From Naegleria gruberi (Eukaryota), in assembly GCA_000004985.1 (NCBI GenBank), contig GG738845.1: a stretch of 64,000 nt of DNA; one strand, 5' to 3'. The position numbers were made by a program, and so were the translations under genes. The notes under the pieces were generated by a model. It made no database searches. It had not been told where the DNA came from and saw only the letters and a list, made by a program, of their open reading frames with translations. The number at the start of each line of letters is the position of its first letter. Within the stretch, counting starts at the first letter, position 1. Shown here in pieces: positions 42,411 to 54,854 of the stretch.

Positions 42411-43759
42411 ATGTCATCATTGCGTTCATTAAAAACAATTTGTTCGGGGAATACTAGTCGAGGAATATTTTCTTTATACAGCAGCAGCAGTAGTAATTTG
42501 TCTACTCTTTCATTATCGAATAAATTCCACTCCTCATCATCATCATTTAATAATAATGCAATAATAGGAATGAATAATCAATGTGCCTTTTATGCAAGAT
42601 TGGTGACTTCAAAGAAAATGGAAATACCATCGGAAGCCTCTACTCTCTCGGAGAAGAGGAAAATAATTCCAAAGGAAGTTATTTCAGAGGAAGATTTGGA
42701 AGAAACAAGTTTTAATCTTTCCTTGTATGTATATTCTTCTTCAACAACAATTAAATTATAAATAATTAATAGACCAAATTCAAAGAGAAATCACATATTA
42801 AAGGAATTGGAAAAATTACCACCAACTCTCGGAGAGGAAGATTTAGTAAAGAGAGAACAAGTGGAAAGAGTTTCTAAATTTTTGGCTCGTGTTGGAGTTT
42901 GTTCTAAACAGCAAGGAGTTGATTTGATAAAGGCAGGTCAAGTGAAAGTGAATGGTATTCTTATTACAGAGAGTGGACAGAAAATGAATCCATTCTATGA
43001 TGTGGTGACTGTTAAAGGTGTAAATGTAAGGTCTTCTTTTTCAATTATTATGAAATATGCTTTAATTTATTCAAATAGATTACAAAGAAGGATGTAGAAA
43101 GTAATTTGGAAAATGTTAAATTATATGCCTATCACAAACCAAGAGGGGTTTTGTGTAGTCGTGTGGATAATGGAGGAAATAGAGAAACAATTTATCAGCG
43201 ATTGGAAAGAATGGGTTTTGGTCATTTGATTTCTGTTGGAAGATTGGATTATAACTCTGAAGGATTAATTCTTTTAACAAATGATGGAAATTTATCGAGA
43301 CATTTGGAATTGCCACAAACAGGACTTGAAAGACAGTATCTTGTCAGAGTTCATGGCCAAGTTTCACAACCTCTATTGGATTCTCTTCAAAAAGGTTCTA
43401 CCATTGAAGGAGTTCACTATGCAGGTATGAAGGCCACTCTTCATAGAGAAGGAGAAAAAACTAGTTGGATTAAAGTAATTCTCCATGAAGGAAAGAACAG
43501 AGAAATCAGAAAAATATTCCAACAATTGAATCTTCCAGTGAGCCGAATTATGAGAATTCAATATGGACCTTACAAATTGGAAAATATTCAAAAAGGACAA
43601 ATCAAAGTTCTAGAACTCAAAGAAGAATTTAAACAAAAATGTTCTAACATTTACAAAACAGCAGTCAGGAGTAAAGAGAAGGAACTGGAAAGAGATTTCA
43701 AAAACAACAGGGCTGGCAATCCTAAGTCAAACAACTCTAAAAGGATACCTGAATTCTAA
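42411..43759 (+). CDS. RsuA-family RNA pseudouridine synthase with S4 domain, probably mitochondrial; 3 exons; ~415 aa.
   Basis: Exon 1 is 42411-~42724, with a Ser-rich presequence MSSLRSLKTICSGNTSRGIFSLYSSSSS... and donor TCCTT|GTATGT. Intron 1 is ~48 nt. Exon 2 is ~42773-43025, containing the S4 domain ERVSKFLARVGVCSKQQGVDLIKAGQVKVNGILITESGQKMNPFYDVVTVKGVN, with donor AAT|GTAAGG. Intron 2 is ~53 nt ending CAAATAG. Exon 3 is ~43079-43759, with the catalytic motif HLISVGRLDYNSEGLILLTNDG (RsuA Asp) and KLYAYHKPRGVLCS. Confidence 0.75.
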
Positions 43760-44006
43760 AATATACTGTTCCAATTTAAGAGGCATTAAATGCATTTACT
43801 CTCGTACATGAAATCCTATTCTAAATCTTATTTTCATCAAGAATAAATTTTGATAAAGAGCAAAATGCACAATGTTTTTTCATACTAATAACTTTCTTGA
43901 ATTTGACAAACCGATATTTCTACAACAAGTTCCCAAAAACTCATCAACCCTCAAAACCGAAAACTCTCATTCCGCACCATCTCTCTCAATACCTTAGATA
44001 AAAAAA

Positions 44007-47000
44007 ATGAGCAACAACAACAATAATACATCGAATCAGTCGACGGTCTCACTCTCGGTGAATAACAATAGCAGCTCTTTGAATTTAACTACACCAACGA
44101 ATCGGATTGGAAGATCACGTTCTGTTCTTTCAAAGAAGGCAGGAGTGGCGGGAATTGTGGGCTTGGTGGCAAATAATACGAGTGCCAATAGTAGCATTAC
44201 CAGTAATACAAGTACTAACTTGAAAATTCCTGTTCAACGATTAAATCAATCAAAGGATGAAAGTAATACGAGTGGTATAAAGGATGATATAAATAATACG
44301 AGTAGTTTTAGTTATACTAAAGAATTTGAGGAAGAAAAATTGGGAGAGATGAATGATGATGAACTGTTTCAGAAACTCCGAGATATAATTAAGGGAGAAC
44401 AATCGGAGGAATCAATATTACAAGCAAAAGTGGTTAATCGAATTGCTAGTTCAATCAATGAAAAGTATACAACTGAATACATTCAAGAATGGAAACAATT
44501 GAATTTATTTCATTATAAAAAGCTTAATCAACTTGGAAGTGATGCAAAGGATAACATGACAGATTTAAGTACTCTTGTCTATGATCTAATGGCTTTTAAG
44601 GATATTATTCTGGAATATTATACAGTATTACCATACAAATTGTTACAAGATATTGTACTGATTTCATCAAAGTTTTATAGAAAACAAAGTGATTTATTTT
44701 GGAATCTTAGCGAGTTTATGACATATATATTTTATTTTGAAAATGGAAATCCCAAACAAGCAGCAGATATTACGGATTCAGATATTAATTATGATTTTTT
44801 CTCAATGAGGCAGCTCATGTTTCAATACCACCAACAAGAAAAGTTATTAAAAAAATCATCATCTCAGCTGGAAGACTTGAAAAAACATGCAGAAACAAGT
44901 AAGTCATGACTATTAAGATTTCAATTGTAACATTCATCAAGTTATTTCAAAGAGATATCTGCAAATGGAAAAGGAGGTTGAATTTTTGAGAGGAGAAAAT
45001 AAATTTCTGAAAGAAAATACAGCCAACGTGGAAAAACAAACTTTGAAATTGTATAACGAGTTGACAGATGCTTTTTTAAGAAATCAAGAATCGGCTGTTT
45101 CAGAAATTGAAACAGATAGAAGTTCTTCAGATGAAGGAGAAAATATCAAGAATAGCAAATATAATGAAGAATTGAGAGAGTTGGGATACAAGTTGGATTC
45201 TGAATTGAGAGGAGCTTTCCAAAAAATCAATGCACTCAAAGAAGTTTTAGACAATTCACTCACTCAATCCAACACTCTCAAGTCAACAGAGGCCAAAGTT
45301 TTCCAACAATTGCAATCAGTCTCAGTTCAATTGATAACACTCTCCAAAAAGTTTGATGGCAAGCTTCAAGATTCTGTTCAAAACATTTCCAAAGAAATTG
45401 ATAAAGCTCTCGAGAAGAAACTCAAAGCTTCCAAGAGAGATATGGTCCAGTGGAGATTGTTCAACAAGGATGTAGTCTCAAAGAGTCAAATGAAGGAATT
45501 GTTAATGAAGGCGAGGGAGGATTTACTCTCCATAAAGGATGATAATGATGCAAAGGAAGAGAGTAGGGATGAAAAAATGGCTGAAAAGATATTGCAAGTT
45601 GATGAATCTCTCAAATCACTTATCCTTCAAGTTGCTCCAAACGAGTTTTCGAGAGTGCCAGAGGAGAACCAATTGAGAGGTAACAATACAGACACAAAGA
45701 GACCTATCAAATTACTCCAACAAACTCTCAATGAGATTAGGTACGAAAAGAATGCAGAGAAAGCTGCAAAGCAGTCATACCTTAAAAAGTTCACATCTAC
45801 TGTTGCATTGGCAGTTGAGCAAAAAGATGCTGGAAGAAGTGCTCCCGTAAAGAAAATGTCTGCTTCAATATTTGACGAGCAAGCTCCCCAAACGCCAACT
45901 GAAGAGGACGCTGCCAACAATAATAGTCACTGTACTAGTGTAAACAATAGTAACACTGAGGAAAAGGAAGAACCATCCTCAATTAACGTTCAACAACCAT
46001 TTAAGGTGGATCAAATGTTGAAACACATCGAAAAAATTACAACCAACATTCAAGAAGATAACAAATCGTTCCAAGTCTATCAGAAGAAACTGCAAGAAAC
46101 GGAGAAGAAGTATGTTTCTAAAATTAAGGACCTCGAACGACAAGTTCTCATTCTACAAGAAGAGTTAGTTAAAAAGAATACAAAACCACAAGGAAAATCT
46201 CCAATCAACAAGGTGACAAATGCTGTAACTGCTGTAAATAGAATGAAGAGTGCAGCTGAGGAATCGTCGTCCAATCTACTCAGTACTGACTTTTCTACAA
46301 ATCCAATCCTTTCACCATCTCCAACTCCTAATAATCTTCAAAATCTATTTGCAACACCCAAATCGGCTTCTACCTTAGATGATCAAAGATCATTTTCAAA
46401 TAGTCCACAGCCTAAAGCTGTGGACAAGTCATTCCAAAATACTAACAGTAATTCTGGAATACTCAAGAGCCATGGCTCAAAAACGAATGTGCAACAACAA
46501 CAACTGCAGCAGCAACAACAATCTTTTGTTGACACACCTTCAAAAAGTGTGACCTTCCAACTTCCAGCCAATGGAAGTATCAATCCAAATAATCAAACAA
46601 TTCAGAATTCTGTTGACGTAAGGCAGAGTGTTGATTCTAAAGTTGGAAATCTTAGTATTTCTGTCACAGATAGCAGAGTCAAATTCCCTAATTCCAACTC
46701 TCAAAACACAACACCATCGAAATCATATGACCATAATACTGACAATCTAGTTACTCCTAACATTAATACCAACACTAGAAATGAAACAGAAACTATCATA
46801 ATACCTTCTCCTCTAACTCAAGTTGTCATCTCTTCAAATGAGACCTATAATGGAGAAGTTTCCAGTCCAACATCTTTCCACACAGAAAATAATCCTCTAG
46901 TTCTTCAAATTTCATCCTATGGAGGATATCCTCAGAAATATGCCTATGGTAGTGGCATATCTACTAGCAACACTGCTAATAATTATGTTGGTATTGATAT

Positions 47001-47451
47001 GTTACAACAACAGCAACCACAATACAATTACTATGACAGTGAAAATGAAATGGACTATCGAAGAGACATTTCTCAAAACCCTGATGCTGTTAAGGAGTGT
47101 CTCACTGCCCAGTCAATTGGTCCACTAGGCACAGCATCAGGCAGAAGAAGACCAGAGGAAATTAATATTGTTACCTATAACAGATCTAGCTCACCAGTTT
47201 CTAGATCAGAATCAGTATCACCAACAATGAGAAAGACTAGGAGAACTAATTCCAGAAGGAAAGAACTTGAGGACGAACAAATTGTTGTAGCTCCAAATGA
47301 ATACGGTATTACAACAGATGAAGTACATGCTCTCCCACTTATTACATCCTTACTTTTAGAAGATCCTCAACTTCATGAAAAGGTTATGAGGAAGAAGAAA
47401 TCAAGTCTTCCTTATCTTTTCAATAACAATAATGAAGAGGTAATAAATTAA
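44007..47451 (+). CDS. Large coiled-coil / low-complexity protein (~1130 aa), 2 exons.
   Basis: Exon 1 is 44007-~44898 (N/S-rich; ends ...KKHAET with donor ACAA|GTAAGT). The 43-nt intron ends ATCAAG at ~44941. Exon 2 is ~44942-47451, continuing ...IISKRYLQMEKEVEFLRGENKFLKEN... (heptad-rich) followed by S/N/T/Q-rich regions. The track shows the two exons as separate ORFs (44007-44909, 44965-47451). Confidence 0.55.
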
Positions 47452-47639
47452 TGTGTGAAGTTTACTGCATTCATACATTACACTCGAGTGTAATTCGAAT
47501 CAGATTATATTGGTTGGATAATCTAGGGTTGGCTTAGATGTATTTTTCTTAGTGCGATGCTGTTTAATCCTAGAATCCAATCTTGTGTTGAGAATTTCGA
47601 AATGTGCTAAACAAGTCTGTTTAGACTTTTGGTGATTGT

Positions 47640-48764
47640 TTACACGCTCGAAAAACCCTTTTCATAAAGACCAGAAGATTTGGTGGTATTATATACTGGT
47701 TTTTGGATAAATTCTGTGAATGAATTATCTCTGAAAGGGTCATAATAGTCAGAAACGACAATTGGTTCTTCAAAAATATGACCATCATAAATCATTCTCT
47801 TTACAATTTCAGAGATTGTCAAACAATCACACAATCCACTGTGGTGTTGGCCAACAAAAGACAAACCACTTTGATCAACCATAGATTTCAAACCACGAAC
47901 AAAGGCATATGGATAGCATTTGGAATATTCCTTTCTCAAATCATAAAAAGTTCTGAAATATGAGTCGAATGAAATACCCTTTGTTGTTGCTTCCTTGATG
48001 AGTAATCCCTTGATATCCCATTCACTATCAGTTAGAATGCAAAAAGTTTTACCATCTGTAAAAGTTTTCTTGACATAGTTATGGAAGTTTTGAATGGCAT
48101 TACTGAGAGAAATTCCTTCCTTTTCTAAAATCTCATCAGTAATACCTGTTAGTTGAGTGCAGAATGGTGTCAATTTATCACTCCAAGTTGGTTTTACATA
48201 GTATCGTTCCTTATGAATTACCTCCATTGATGCAAGGTCAAAAACAACAAATGGAAATTCAATCATTTCCTGATTGTCACGAGTAATAACTGGATTTACT
48301 CCATTATCACAAGTAGCTTCAAAATCAATAATAACTAAATAATCATATCTATGACGTCCATTATGAATTTCATAGAATTGATTTTGTTGTTGGAATTGAT
48401 CAAAATCAATATAGGATTTTGACTTGTGTTTTCTAGCATTATTTGGAGGAGAGGAAGAATAATATGACTTGTTCTTTTGATGACGAGAAGGGAATCGGTT
48501 AGGAGTGTATGTTGATTGATTAAAGTTAGTAGTATTATTATTCTTTGGTGACTTGTTTTGATTACGGTTATTTCTATATTGATGATTAGGTGATCGTTTG
48601 AATGGTGACGATTGTACTTCTTCATTGACTTCTATAGGAAATATACAAGCATCTTCATAATCACTATTCTGAATAGCATTGGAATTTTGATCAAGAGTTG
48701 ATGATGATGATGATGGACTGGTTGGAGTGTCCAATCTCATATTTGTAGTGCTTTGATAAAACAT
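47640..48764 (-). CDS. ERI1: ERI1-type 3'-5' exoribonuclease (DEDDh family), 374 aa.
   Basis: DYLVIIDFEATCDNGVNPVITRDNQEMIEFPFVVFD (human ERI1 DYICIIDFEATCEEGNPPEFVHEIIEFPVVLLN), LTGITDEIL (Exo II), ILTDSEWDIKG, and HSGLCDCLTISEI (Exo III, DEDDh His). N-terminal S/N-rich extension. Confidence 0.8.
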   Translation of the reverse strand: MFYQSTTNMRLDTPTSPSSSSSTLDQNSNAIQNSDYEDACIFPIEVNEEVQSSPFKRSPNHQYRNNRNQNKSPKNNNTTNFNQSTYTPNRFPSRHQKNKSYYSSSPPNNARKHKSKSYIDFDQFQQQNQFYEIHNGRHRYDYLVIIDFEATCDNGVNPVITRDNQEMIEFPFVVFDLASMEVIHKERYYVKPTWSDKLTPFCTQLTGITDEILEKEGISLSNAIQNFHNYVKKTFTDGKTFCILTDSEWDIKGLLIKEATTKGISFDSYFRTFYDLRKEYSKCYPYAFVRGLKSMVDQSGLSFVGQHHSGLCDCLTISEIVKRMIYDGHIFEEPIVVSDYYDPFRDNSFTEFIQKPVYNTTKSSGLYEKGFSSV

Positions 48765-49869
48765 GATGACAGAGTAGTATACTGATTATATAATAACAAT
48801 GATAGTAGTGGTTGATTAATTTGATGATGACAATAATTATTAATAATTAAATAACTTTGATGACTATTCAATAAGTAAAGCATAAAAAAAACCGTTAAAT
48901 AAATAGTAAACTAATAAAAGTGATGTGATGTGTAAATGAGATTGTAGACACTCTTTTTCTTATTGTAACAACTTGATATTATTATTCTCTCGATATCAAC
49001 CGACAATTTTTGACGTCTATTATCCTAGCAGTAGTGATAGTAGTAGTAGTTCAATGATGTGAATGTGATCAATAGTGAATTCCAATATTTTTGTAGGAAT
49101 CCAATAAGTGTGTGATGATCAGCGCTTAGAGTTTTTATACTTGAGTATTCTAAACTCTCAACAACCAAAGAAGATGAAGTGAAATAGAATTTCTAATGTG
49201 ATGATGAACAGTTATTTTGAACTGTCGATTGAGTGGATTGTTTTTTTGCGTTGAGGAGCGTCATCTCCCGCGTTTTTAAAAACCCTTTATATACTAAGCT
49301 CTAAAAATATTTTGATGTGGCTTGATGGCACAGGATTTGAACTATTAATATTTTGCTCATGATGGAGCAATGCAATGCTCTGATTGCACAATCAAATGCC
49401 AACTTCATGATTTGTTGGTTGACTAAGAAGGATTGATACGGAAGGAAGAAACCGAGATTGTTACAATACATCATCATGTCTTGTTGTATGATGGGTCTTA
49501 AAGAAGAGTTTAGAGTTTTTCCAAAAATGTTCATAGTATTTTCCAATATAAATGTACCATTCAACCAAAAATACTGTCAATGCTTTTACAAAAGATACTT
49601 ATAACTACTACACTTTAAGTGAGTTTTTGGTTCTTTGAAATATGTATCAGTTTCGAACAAATAGAGTTTCATCAATTTGCATGTCCTTAATAAAAGTCAT
49701 CAAACGTTCCGACGTATCTAGTGTTTTATTGAGGTAAAATTCATCGTTTGTTAAGTTATCATATTTCAACTAGAAATCATCCTTTTTTCTGAAATGTCAA
49801 GTTGTGTAATGTTGTGACATCTTATTGCCCCAATGACCTGTCTATGTCACCATTCCAAAAGTCAAAAAA

Positions 49870-50349
49870 ATGAAAATTATTCTCGTCTTGTCTCTATTGT
49901 TGGTTATCCTATGCATTTCTTCCTTTTCTCATGCGCAAACTTGTGCTGACACTAAGACAGCCCCTTTTTCTTGTCCTACTTGTAAGACTTGTACAGGTCC
50001 TTCATCAACTTGTTGTGATGTTGTCAAAGATGCCGCTTCGGGTGCCTTTATGGACTTGGTGAAATTAAGAAAGGCCTCACAAGATTGCATCGACCAAGCT
50101 AAAGAGTTTACATGTGCTAGATGTGACCCTAAAAATCAAGGCCTTCCTACCGACATCAATGGTATTGTCTTGTGCAAGTCTAAATGTTTGACCATGCAAA
50201 AAGTTTGTTCGGGTGTGCTTACTTTCAGATGTGATGACGCACCAGAATCAAATTGTTGGAGTAGCGCCGAGAGTATTCGTCTTGTTGATTTAAAGTTTGT
50301 CGTGGCACTTGTGATTTCAATTTATTTGTTTATTTGTCATTTGATTTAA
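49870..50349 (+). CDS. Small secreted Cys-rich protein (159 aa), probably GPI-anchored.
   Basis: ATG at 49870. Signal peptide MKIILVLSLLLVILCISSFSHA. 16 Cys. Hydrophobic C-terminal tail VVALVISIYLFICHLI. Confidence 0.5.
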   Translation: MKIILVLSLLLVILCISSFSHAQTCADTKTAPFSCPTCKTCTGPSSTCCDVVKDAASGAFMDLVKLRKASQDCIDQAKEFTCARCDPKNQGLPTDINGIVLCKSKCLTMQKVCSGVLTFRCDDAPESNCWSSAESIRLVDLKFVVALVISIYLFICHLI

Positions 50350-50646
50350 AGAATAAAATTAAATTTGCAAGCTATAGTCAACCTGGTGATAAGAACAATT
50401 AGATGATTTTATTTTTACCTATTCCCATATTAAGTGGTTTGATGTCTCGAATATCAGTGTGAGTAATATCGAAGTTCCAATATATAATTGCAATGTTGTT
50501 TATGTGAAGATTGCTCCTCTTCCATTTAAATAATATTCTTCTTCCTTTTTATTCCTCCTTGAGAAGAATCATAGCTCTCCGATTTGTAGTAATTGAGAAG
50601 AATAAAGAAACTACGAGCAGTAATTATCATAATTTAAAGAATGTTG

Positions 50647-51060
50647 TTATTTCATTGAGGGATTAACACCATCCTTTGAGAAACAGGCGTGCTCAGCTCT
50701 AGGCATGACATTTTGTCCTTCAAATCCATTCTGTTGCAATACTTCATGGTAGAAACGTCTGTCTTGATTTTCGGAATCACCATTTGGATTCAATCTGCAG
50801 TAATCCCATTCCTTAACATTTTCATTCAAAGTGAGACCATCCTTATAGATATAAGTCCTATCAACTAGTTTCCCTAAATGCCATAATCCCTCCACTTTGG
50901 CTCCTGAGCTGAAATATATAGTTCCTCTTCCATGAAATTGACCATCCTTCATCTCTCCTTCATATCTCATTCCTTCGGTAATGTAGGAAAATCTACAATT
51001 TTCTCCCTCCATTCTTCCATTATTTTCATCTCCCGAATATTTAGCATTAATAAATTCCAT
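50647..51060 (-). CDS. MORN-repeat protein (137 aa).
   Basis: Repeats YEGEMKDGQFHGRGTIYFSSGAKVEGLWHLGKL (MORN consensus YeGe..ng..hG.G......G..YeG.w..g...G). Confidence 0.6.
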   Translation of the reverse strand: MEFINAKYSGDENNGRMEGENCRFSYITEGMRYEGEMKDGQFHGRGTIYFSSGAKVEGLWHLGKLVDRTYIYKDGLTLNENVKEWDYCRLNPNGDSENQDRRFYHEVLQQNGFEGQNVMPRAEHACFSKDGVNPSMK

Positions 51061-51170
51061 TCTATTTTACTCTTTTCGATATTGGCAATCAATGTGCTAG
51101 TGGTGTGCACCTATTTGAATTATTTACAGTTTTTTTTGTAGTTTGAATTTATAAAAATAGCGCGTTAACT

Positions 51171-53093
51171 TCAATTCTTCGTCTTTGAAAGTAAGAGAAC
51201 TTGGAGGGTGAGGTCAGAATCAATAAACTCTTTCAAACGATTGTTTGGAGAGAGGTGATTGGAAATTTCAGACCATCTTGTTGTTTCAGTGCTGTAGTGA
51301 AGATATTCTGAGAGAAGCTTGATGGATGGATAGGAGGATTTGTTGAGAAGTGCCTCATTAAAATAGGTTGGGCCAACCAAAACAACCTGATCATGGTTTT
51401 CAAGCTCTCTTTGTAAATGTTCATTGAAGAGAGTGGAATTGTCAATACCTTCTAATCCTAAAACTGTAATATTTGGATGATAGTATGAAAGTAAGTAACC
51501 AGGAGGACTGTAAGTATTGTGATAAATTACTCTGGTATTGCTGCTGCTGCTGGATTGTGATTTGTTGATTAATTGAGGGATGGAAATCAAGCTCTTAACA
51601 ACACCTGCTTGGTGAACAAACAGATAGAATAATGAAACCAAAATTCCATGTAAAATGCACAGGGACAAGAAGGTTTTGGATTGATATTTCCATTTTGATT
51701 CGTTTTGGTGATTAGCACTTGCATTGTCATTCTTTTTACCTTGACTCTGAGTTTCAAAATCATATCCCAACATGATAATCCATGGACAATAGGAAGGAAG
51801 AATAAATCTTGGTTCTTGGTGAGGAGCTATACTCAAAATAGCAATACCAGCCAACCAAGAGAAGAATGAAAGCCAAATAATATATGGTACTTGTGTAATT
51901 GGAACAGCATTAGAATTCCAATTATTGGTACCAAAGTTTCTGGTTATCAACTTGAAAATCCACATTATCATTTTGAAAATAATTACAAAGAAGGTACATC
52001 CAAATAAAAGAGGCATATTTACAAAGAAGTGAAGTCCTCTGAAATGGAGTGTGTGAAGTGCCAAATTTTCCACATATGAATTGTAAATGATATTATTGAT
52101 TGGTGTAATGTAAATTGGAAAATTGAAAAAACTTGGGAGGGATTTCGAGTTCCAATCATCAATCAATTCCAACTTGTAGAAAATGTATCTAAAAGAGTTT
52201 TGATAGTTGCTTGAAAGTACATTGCTATAAAATAAAGTATCCAATCCAATCATTAAACTAAAGAAGAAGAGTGTTGAAAATCCAAATACCAACAAATTCT
52301 TAAATAATTGTGACAATCCAGAAGAAAATGAAGGTGATTCAAAAAGTGGAAGTGTTATAACCATAAGAATAACAGTAACTGAATAAAAGGCATAAATAAA
52401 GTTGCTGAAAAATCCCAATGTAAAAATAAATCCATAAATTATCAAATAGTAATTATTTCTTCCACTTTCTCTCCTTTTAATTTCCAACATGAATAGCAAA
52501 GCCAATAGGGCACTTGAAATAGTATTCGAAAATGTTCTAGTATGAAACACTAGAGAAGTGAAAAAGAAGGAATAAATCAAGAATAGGAAATTAGACTTGG
52601 ATAAGAGAGTGCTCTTGGTTGAATTTTCAAAATTATGAGCCTGTCTACATTCTCTAGATTTTAAAATATTCCAAACAATTCTATCTGTAAAGAAGGAAAA
52701 AATAAATAATAATATTTTCGGAGCATAGAGTAAAAAGTAAGGAGAGAGATTTAACAAACTTGCTCTAATATTTGTATCAAATTCTTGTCCATATTGCATT
52801 AATAATTTTATAATATAAATTGGAAGGCCAGTCATTGTGAGAGGAATCAGAGTATTTCTCTGTGGAAAATCAAAAGTAAATTCCCACCTCAGGAAACTTT
52901 CATCCAACACTGTTCCGTTCAATGTTTTTACAAGATGATGATTACTATTTGGATGAATATCTTTCAAAATAATAGATGATGAAAATGATGGTGATTGAAA
53001 GAATTCATCTGGAAATATATATCCCATCGGAAAGATGAAGAATAATCGCAAAATCAAGCTAATCCATAACAGTAAAGAATATGATTTTTGCAT
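51171..53093 (-). CDS. Multi-pass membrane Dol-P-Man-dependent mannosyltransferase of the GT22 family (PIG-B/PIG-Z/ALG9/ALG12 type), 640 aa.
   Basis: About 10 predicted TM helices. Signature motif SIAPHQEPRFILP (HxE(E/P)RF, diagnostic of GT22 GPI/ALG mannosyltransferases) in a luminal loop. Long C-terminal extension. Confidence 0.65.
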   Translation of the reverse strand: MQKSYSLLLWISLILRLFFIFPMGYIFPDEFFQSPSFSSSIILKDIHPNSNHHLVKTLNGTVLDESFLRWEFTFDFPQRNTLIPLTMTGLPIYIIKLLMQYGQEFDTNIRASLLNLSPYFLLYAPKILLFIFSFFTDRIVWNILKSRECRQAHNFENSTKSTLLSKSNFLFLIYSFFFTSLVFHTRTFSNTISSALLALLFMLEIKRRESGRNNYYLIIYGFIFTLGFFSNFIYAFYSVTVILMVITLPLFESPSFSSGLSQLFKNLLVFGFSTLFFFSLMIGLDTLFYSNVLSSNYQNSFRYIFYKLELIDDWNSKSLPSFFNFPIYITPINNIIYNSYVENLALHTLHFRGLHFFVNMPLLFGCTFFVIIFKMIMWIFKLITRNFGTNNWNSNAVPITQVPYIIWLSFFSWLAGIAILSIAPHQEPRFILPSYCPWIIMLGYDFETQSQGKKNDNASANHQNESKWKYQSKTFLSLCILHGILVSLFYLFVHQAGVVKSLISIPQLINKSQSSSSSNTRVIYHNTYSPPGYLLSYYHPNITVLGLEGIDNSTLFNEHLQRELENHDQVVLVGPTYFNEALLNKSSYPSIKLLSEYLHYSTETTRWSEISNHLSPNNRLKEFIDSDLTLQVLLLSKTKN

Positions 53094-53189
53094 TTTTTTT
53101 AAAATAAAAATAATTAAATGGAATATTCTAGTTTATGATCAACTCAGTGTATTCTCAAAATGAAATTTCTGTAATGTTAAATTTATAAA

Positions 53190-54749
53190 TTACTTTTCCA
53201 TGATAACATCTTGACCACTCAACATGAAAGGAACAAGTGGCTTTGGAATTTTAACACCTAATTTACCGTTTTCATCATAAAATTGATTATTCTCTAAAAT
53301 AGTAATGATGGCTCTAGGAACAGCCATTGCAGTACCATTTAACGTATGTGGATAAACAGTAGTATTGTTAGATCTGTATCTGATATTCAATTTACGAGAT
53401 TGGTAATCAGTACAGTTGGAAGCAGAAGAAACTTCACCATAACCTAAACGGCTTGGAATAAATGCTTCCATATCAATCTTTCTGAAAGCAGGATTTCCCA
53501 AATCATTACAAGGCATGTCAAGAATTTGGAAATGGAATCCCAATTCACTAAATATTTCTTCTTGAATGGAAACAATTTCATCTAAGAGAGCTTCACTTTG
53601 TTCAGGTTCACAATAGACAAACATTTCAACTTTGGTAAATTGATGTACACGATAGAGTCCTCGATCCTTGCTTCCTGCAGCTCCTGCTTCAGTTCTGAAG
53701 CAATGAGAAAGACCAGCATACTTCAATGGTCCCTTGAAATTAGGCATGAATTCATTACAATGGAGAGCAGCCAAACCTATTTCACTTGTACCAATCAAGC
53801 ATAAAGAATCATTACAAGTTTCACCATTCTTAGTGGTGGTTGGTTCTTGATTTGAATTTTCAATTCTATAGATTTGAGAGTGTTCACCTCTTGGTTGGAA
53901 ACCACATCCTTCAACAATTGATTGCTTCATCAATTCTGGTGGCATGATGATTTTAAAGCCACGTTTTAACAATTTGGAGATGGCAAAATTTTGCAAGGCA
54001 ACTTCCAATAAGACACCTTCATTCTTCAAGAAGAAAAATTTGGAACCGGAACATTCATTGGCAGGTTCAAACAAGTCCAACTTTTCACAAATTTCATAAT
54101 GTGATAATTTTGGAATTGTTTCCTTCTTTTCTCCAACATACTTGACAAGATTTGGTTGATTGGAATTTTCTTTAGAGAACTTCATGACACCTTCTTCGGT
54201 AAAGTTTGGTAATTTAACTGTCTTTTCACACAATTCTTGATACACTTCGTTTTTAATCTTTTCTAAATTTTGAATTTTAGTTTTAAATTCCTTTCCGATA
54301 ACTTTCCAACTATCTGCTTTTTTGTTTTCCAAATCTTCTTTGATTAAATTTTTAATTTCAATAGGAACTTGTTCCGATGTTCTTTTACCTGCCAAGTATT
54401 CAGCAATTTCCTTTCTAAGATATTGCACTTGTTCATATTCTTGATCAATTTGAATATATTGTTCATAATTTTTCAACACTTGGTCTAAATCAATATTTAA
54501 TTCTCTCAATTTAATATTTTCCTTCATTTCATCTTGTTTTTCAATCATCTTTTCAAAATTATAATTGTATGGTAAATTCTTGGCCTTGTGTTCTTGTTGT
54601 TGGCTTGCTGCTACATTATTGGTATGGAATGTTCTAGCAGTGTTATTATTACTAGTCATACGAATTAACCATGATCTACAACTAGCCCGTGCTGATGATG
54701 CGCACGAGCGTAAAAGTGATGAAGGAAGGCTTTTATGATGATGAAACAT
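53190..54749 (-). CDS. Seryl-tRNA synthetase, probably mitochondrial (519 aa).
   Basis: ATG at 54749. Arg/Ser-rich presequence. Class II motif 2 FRTEAGAAGSKDRGLYRVHQFTKVEMF and motif 3 GTAMAVPRAIITILENNQ. N-terminal coiled-coil arm. Confidence 0.85.
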   Translation of the reverse strand: MFHHHKSLPSSLLRSCASSARASCRSWLIRMTSNNNTARTFHTNNVAASQQQEHKAKNLPYNYNFEKMIEKQDEMKENIKLRELNIDLDQVLKNYEQYIQIDQEYEQVQYLRKEIAEYLAGKRTSEQVPIEIKNLIKEDLENKKADSWKVIGKEFKTKIQNLEKIKNEVYQELCEKTVKLPNFTEEGVMKFSKENSNQPNLVKYVGEKKETIPKLSHYEICEKLDLFEPANECSGSKFFFLKNEGVLLEVALQNFAISKLLKRGFKIIMPPELMKQSIVEGCGFQPRGEHSQIYRIENSNQEPTTTKNGETCNDSLCLIGTSEIGLAALHCNEFMPNFKGPLKYAGLSHCFRTEAGAAGSKDRGLYRVHQFTKVEMFVYCEPEQSEALLDEIVSIQEEIFSELGFHFQILDMPCNDLGNPAFRKIDMEAFIPSRLGYGEVSSASNCTDYQSRKLNIRYRSNNTTVYPHTLNGTAMAVPRAIITILENNQFYDENGKLGVKIPKPLVPFMLSGQDVIMEK

Positions 54750-54854
54750 TTTTTAAAATAAATTTAAATAATTATTTTATTTAACCTATCAATTTTCGTT
54801 GTTATTCACAAGCGAAACAAGAAGTTTAACTGAGAGAATATTTGGAACATATAT

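Noticed and set aside
49301-49564. 87-aa minus-strand ORF in the 1.1-kb spacer before the Cys-rich secreted protein gene.
   Set aside because: No homology or signal, and atypical codon composition. The interval is more plausibly regulatory or non-coding; see the finding on ORF-free intervals.
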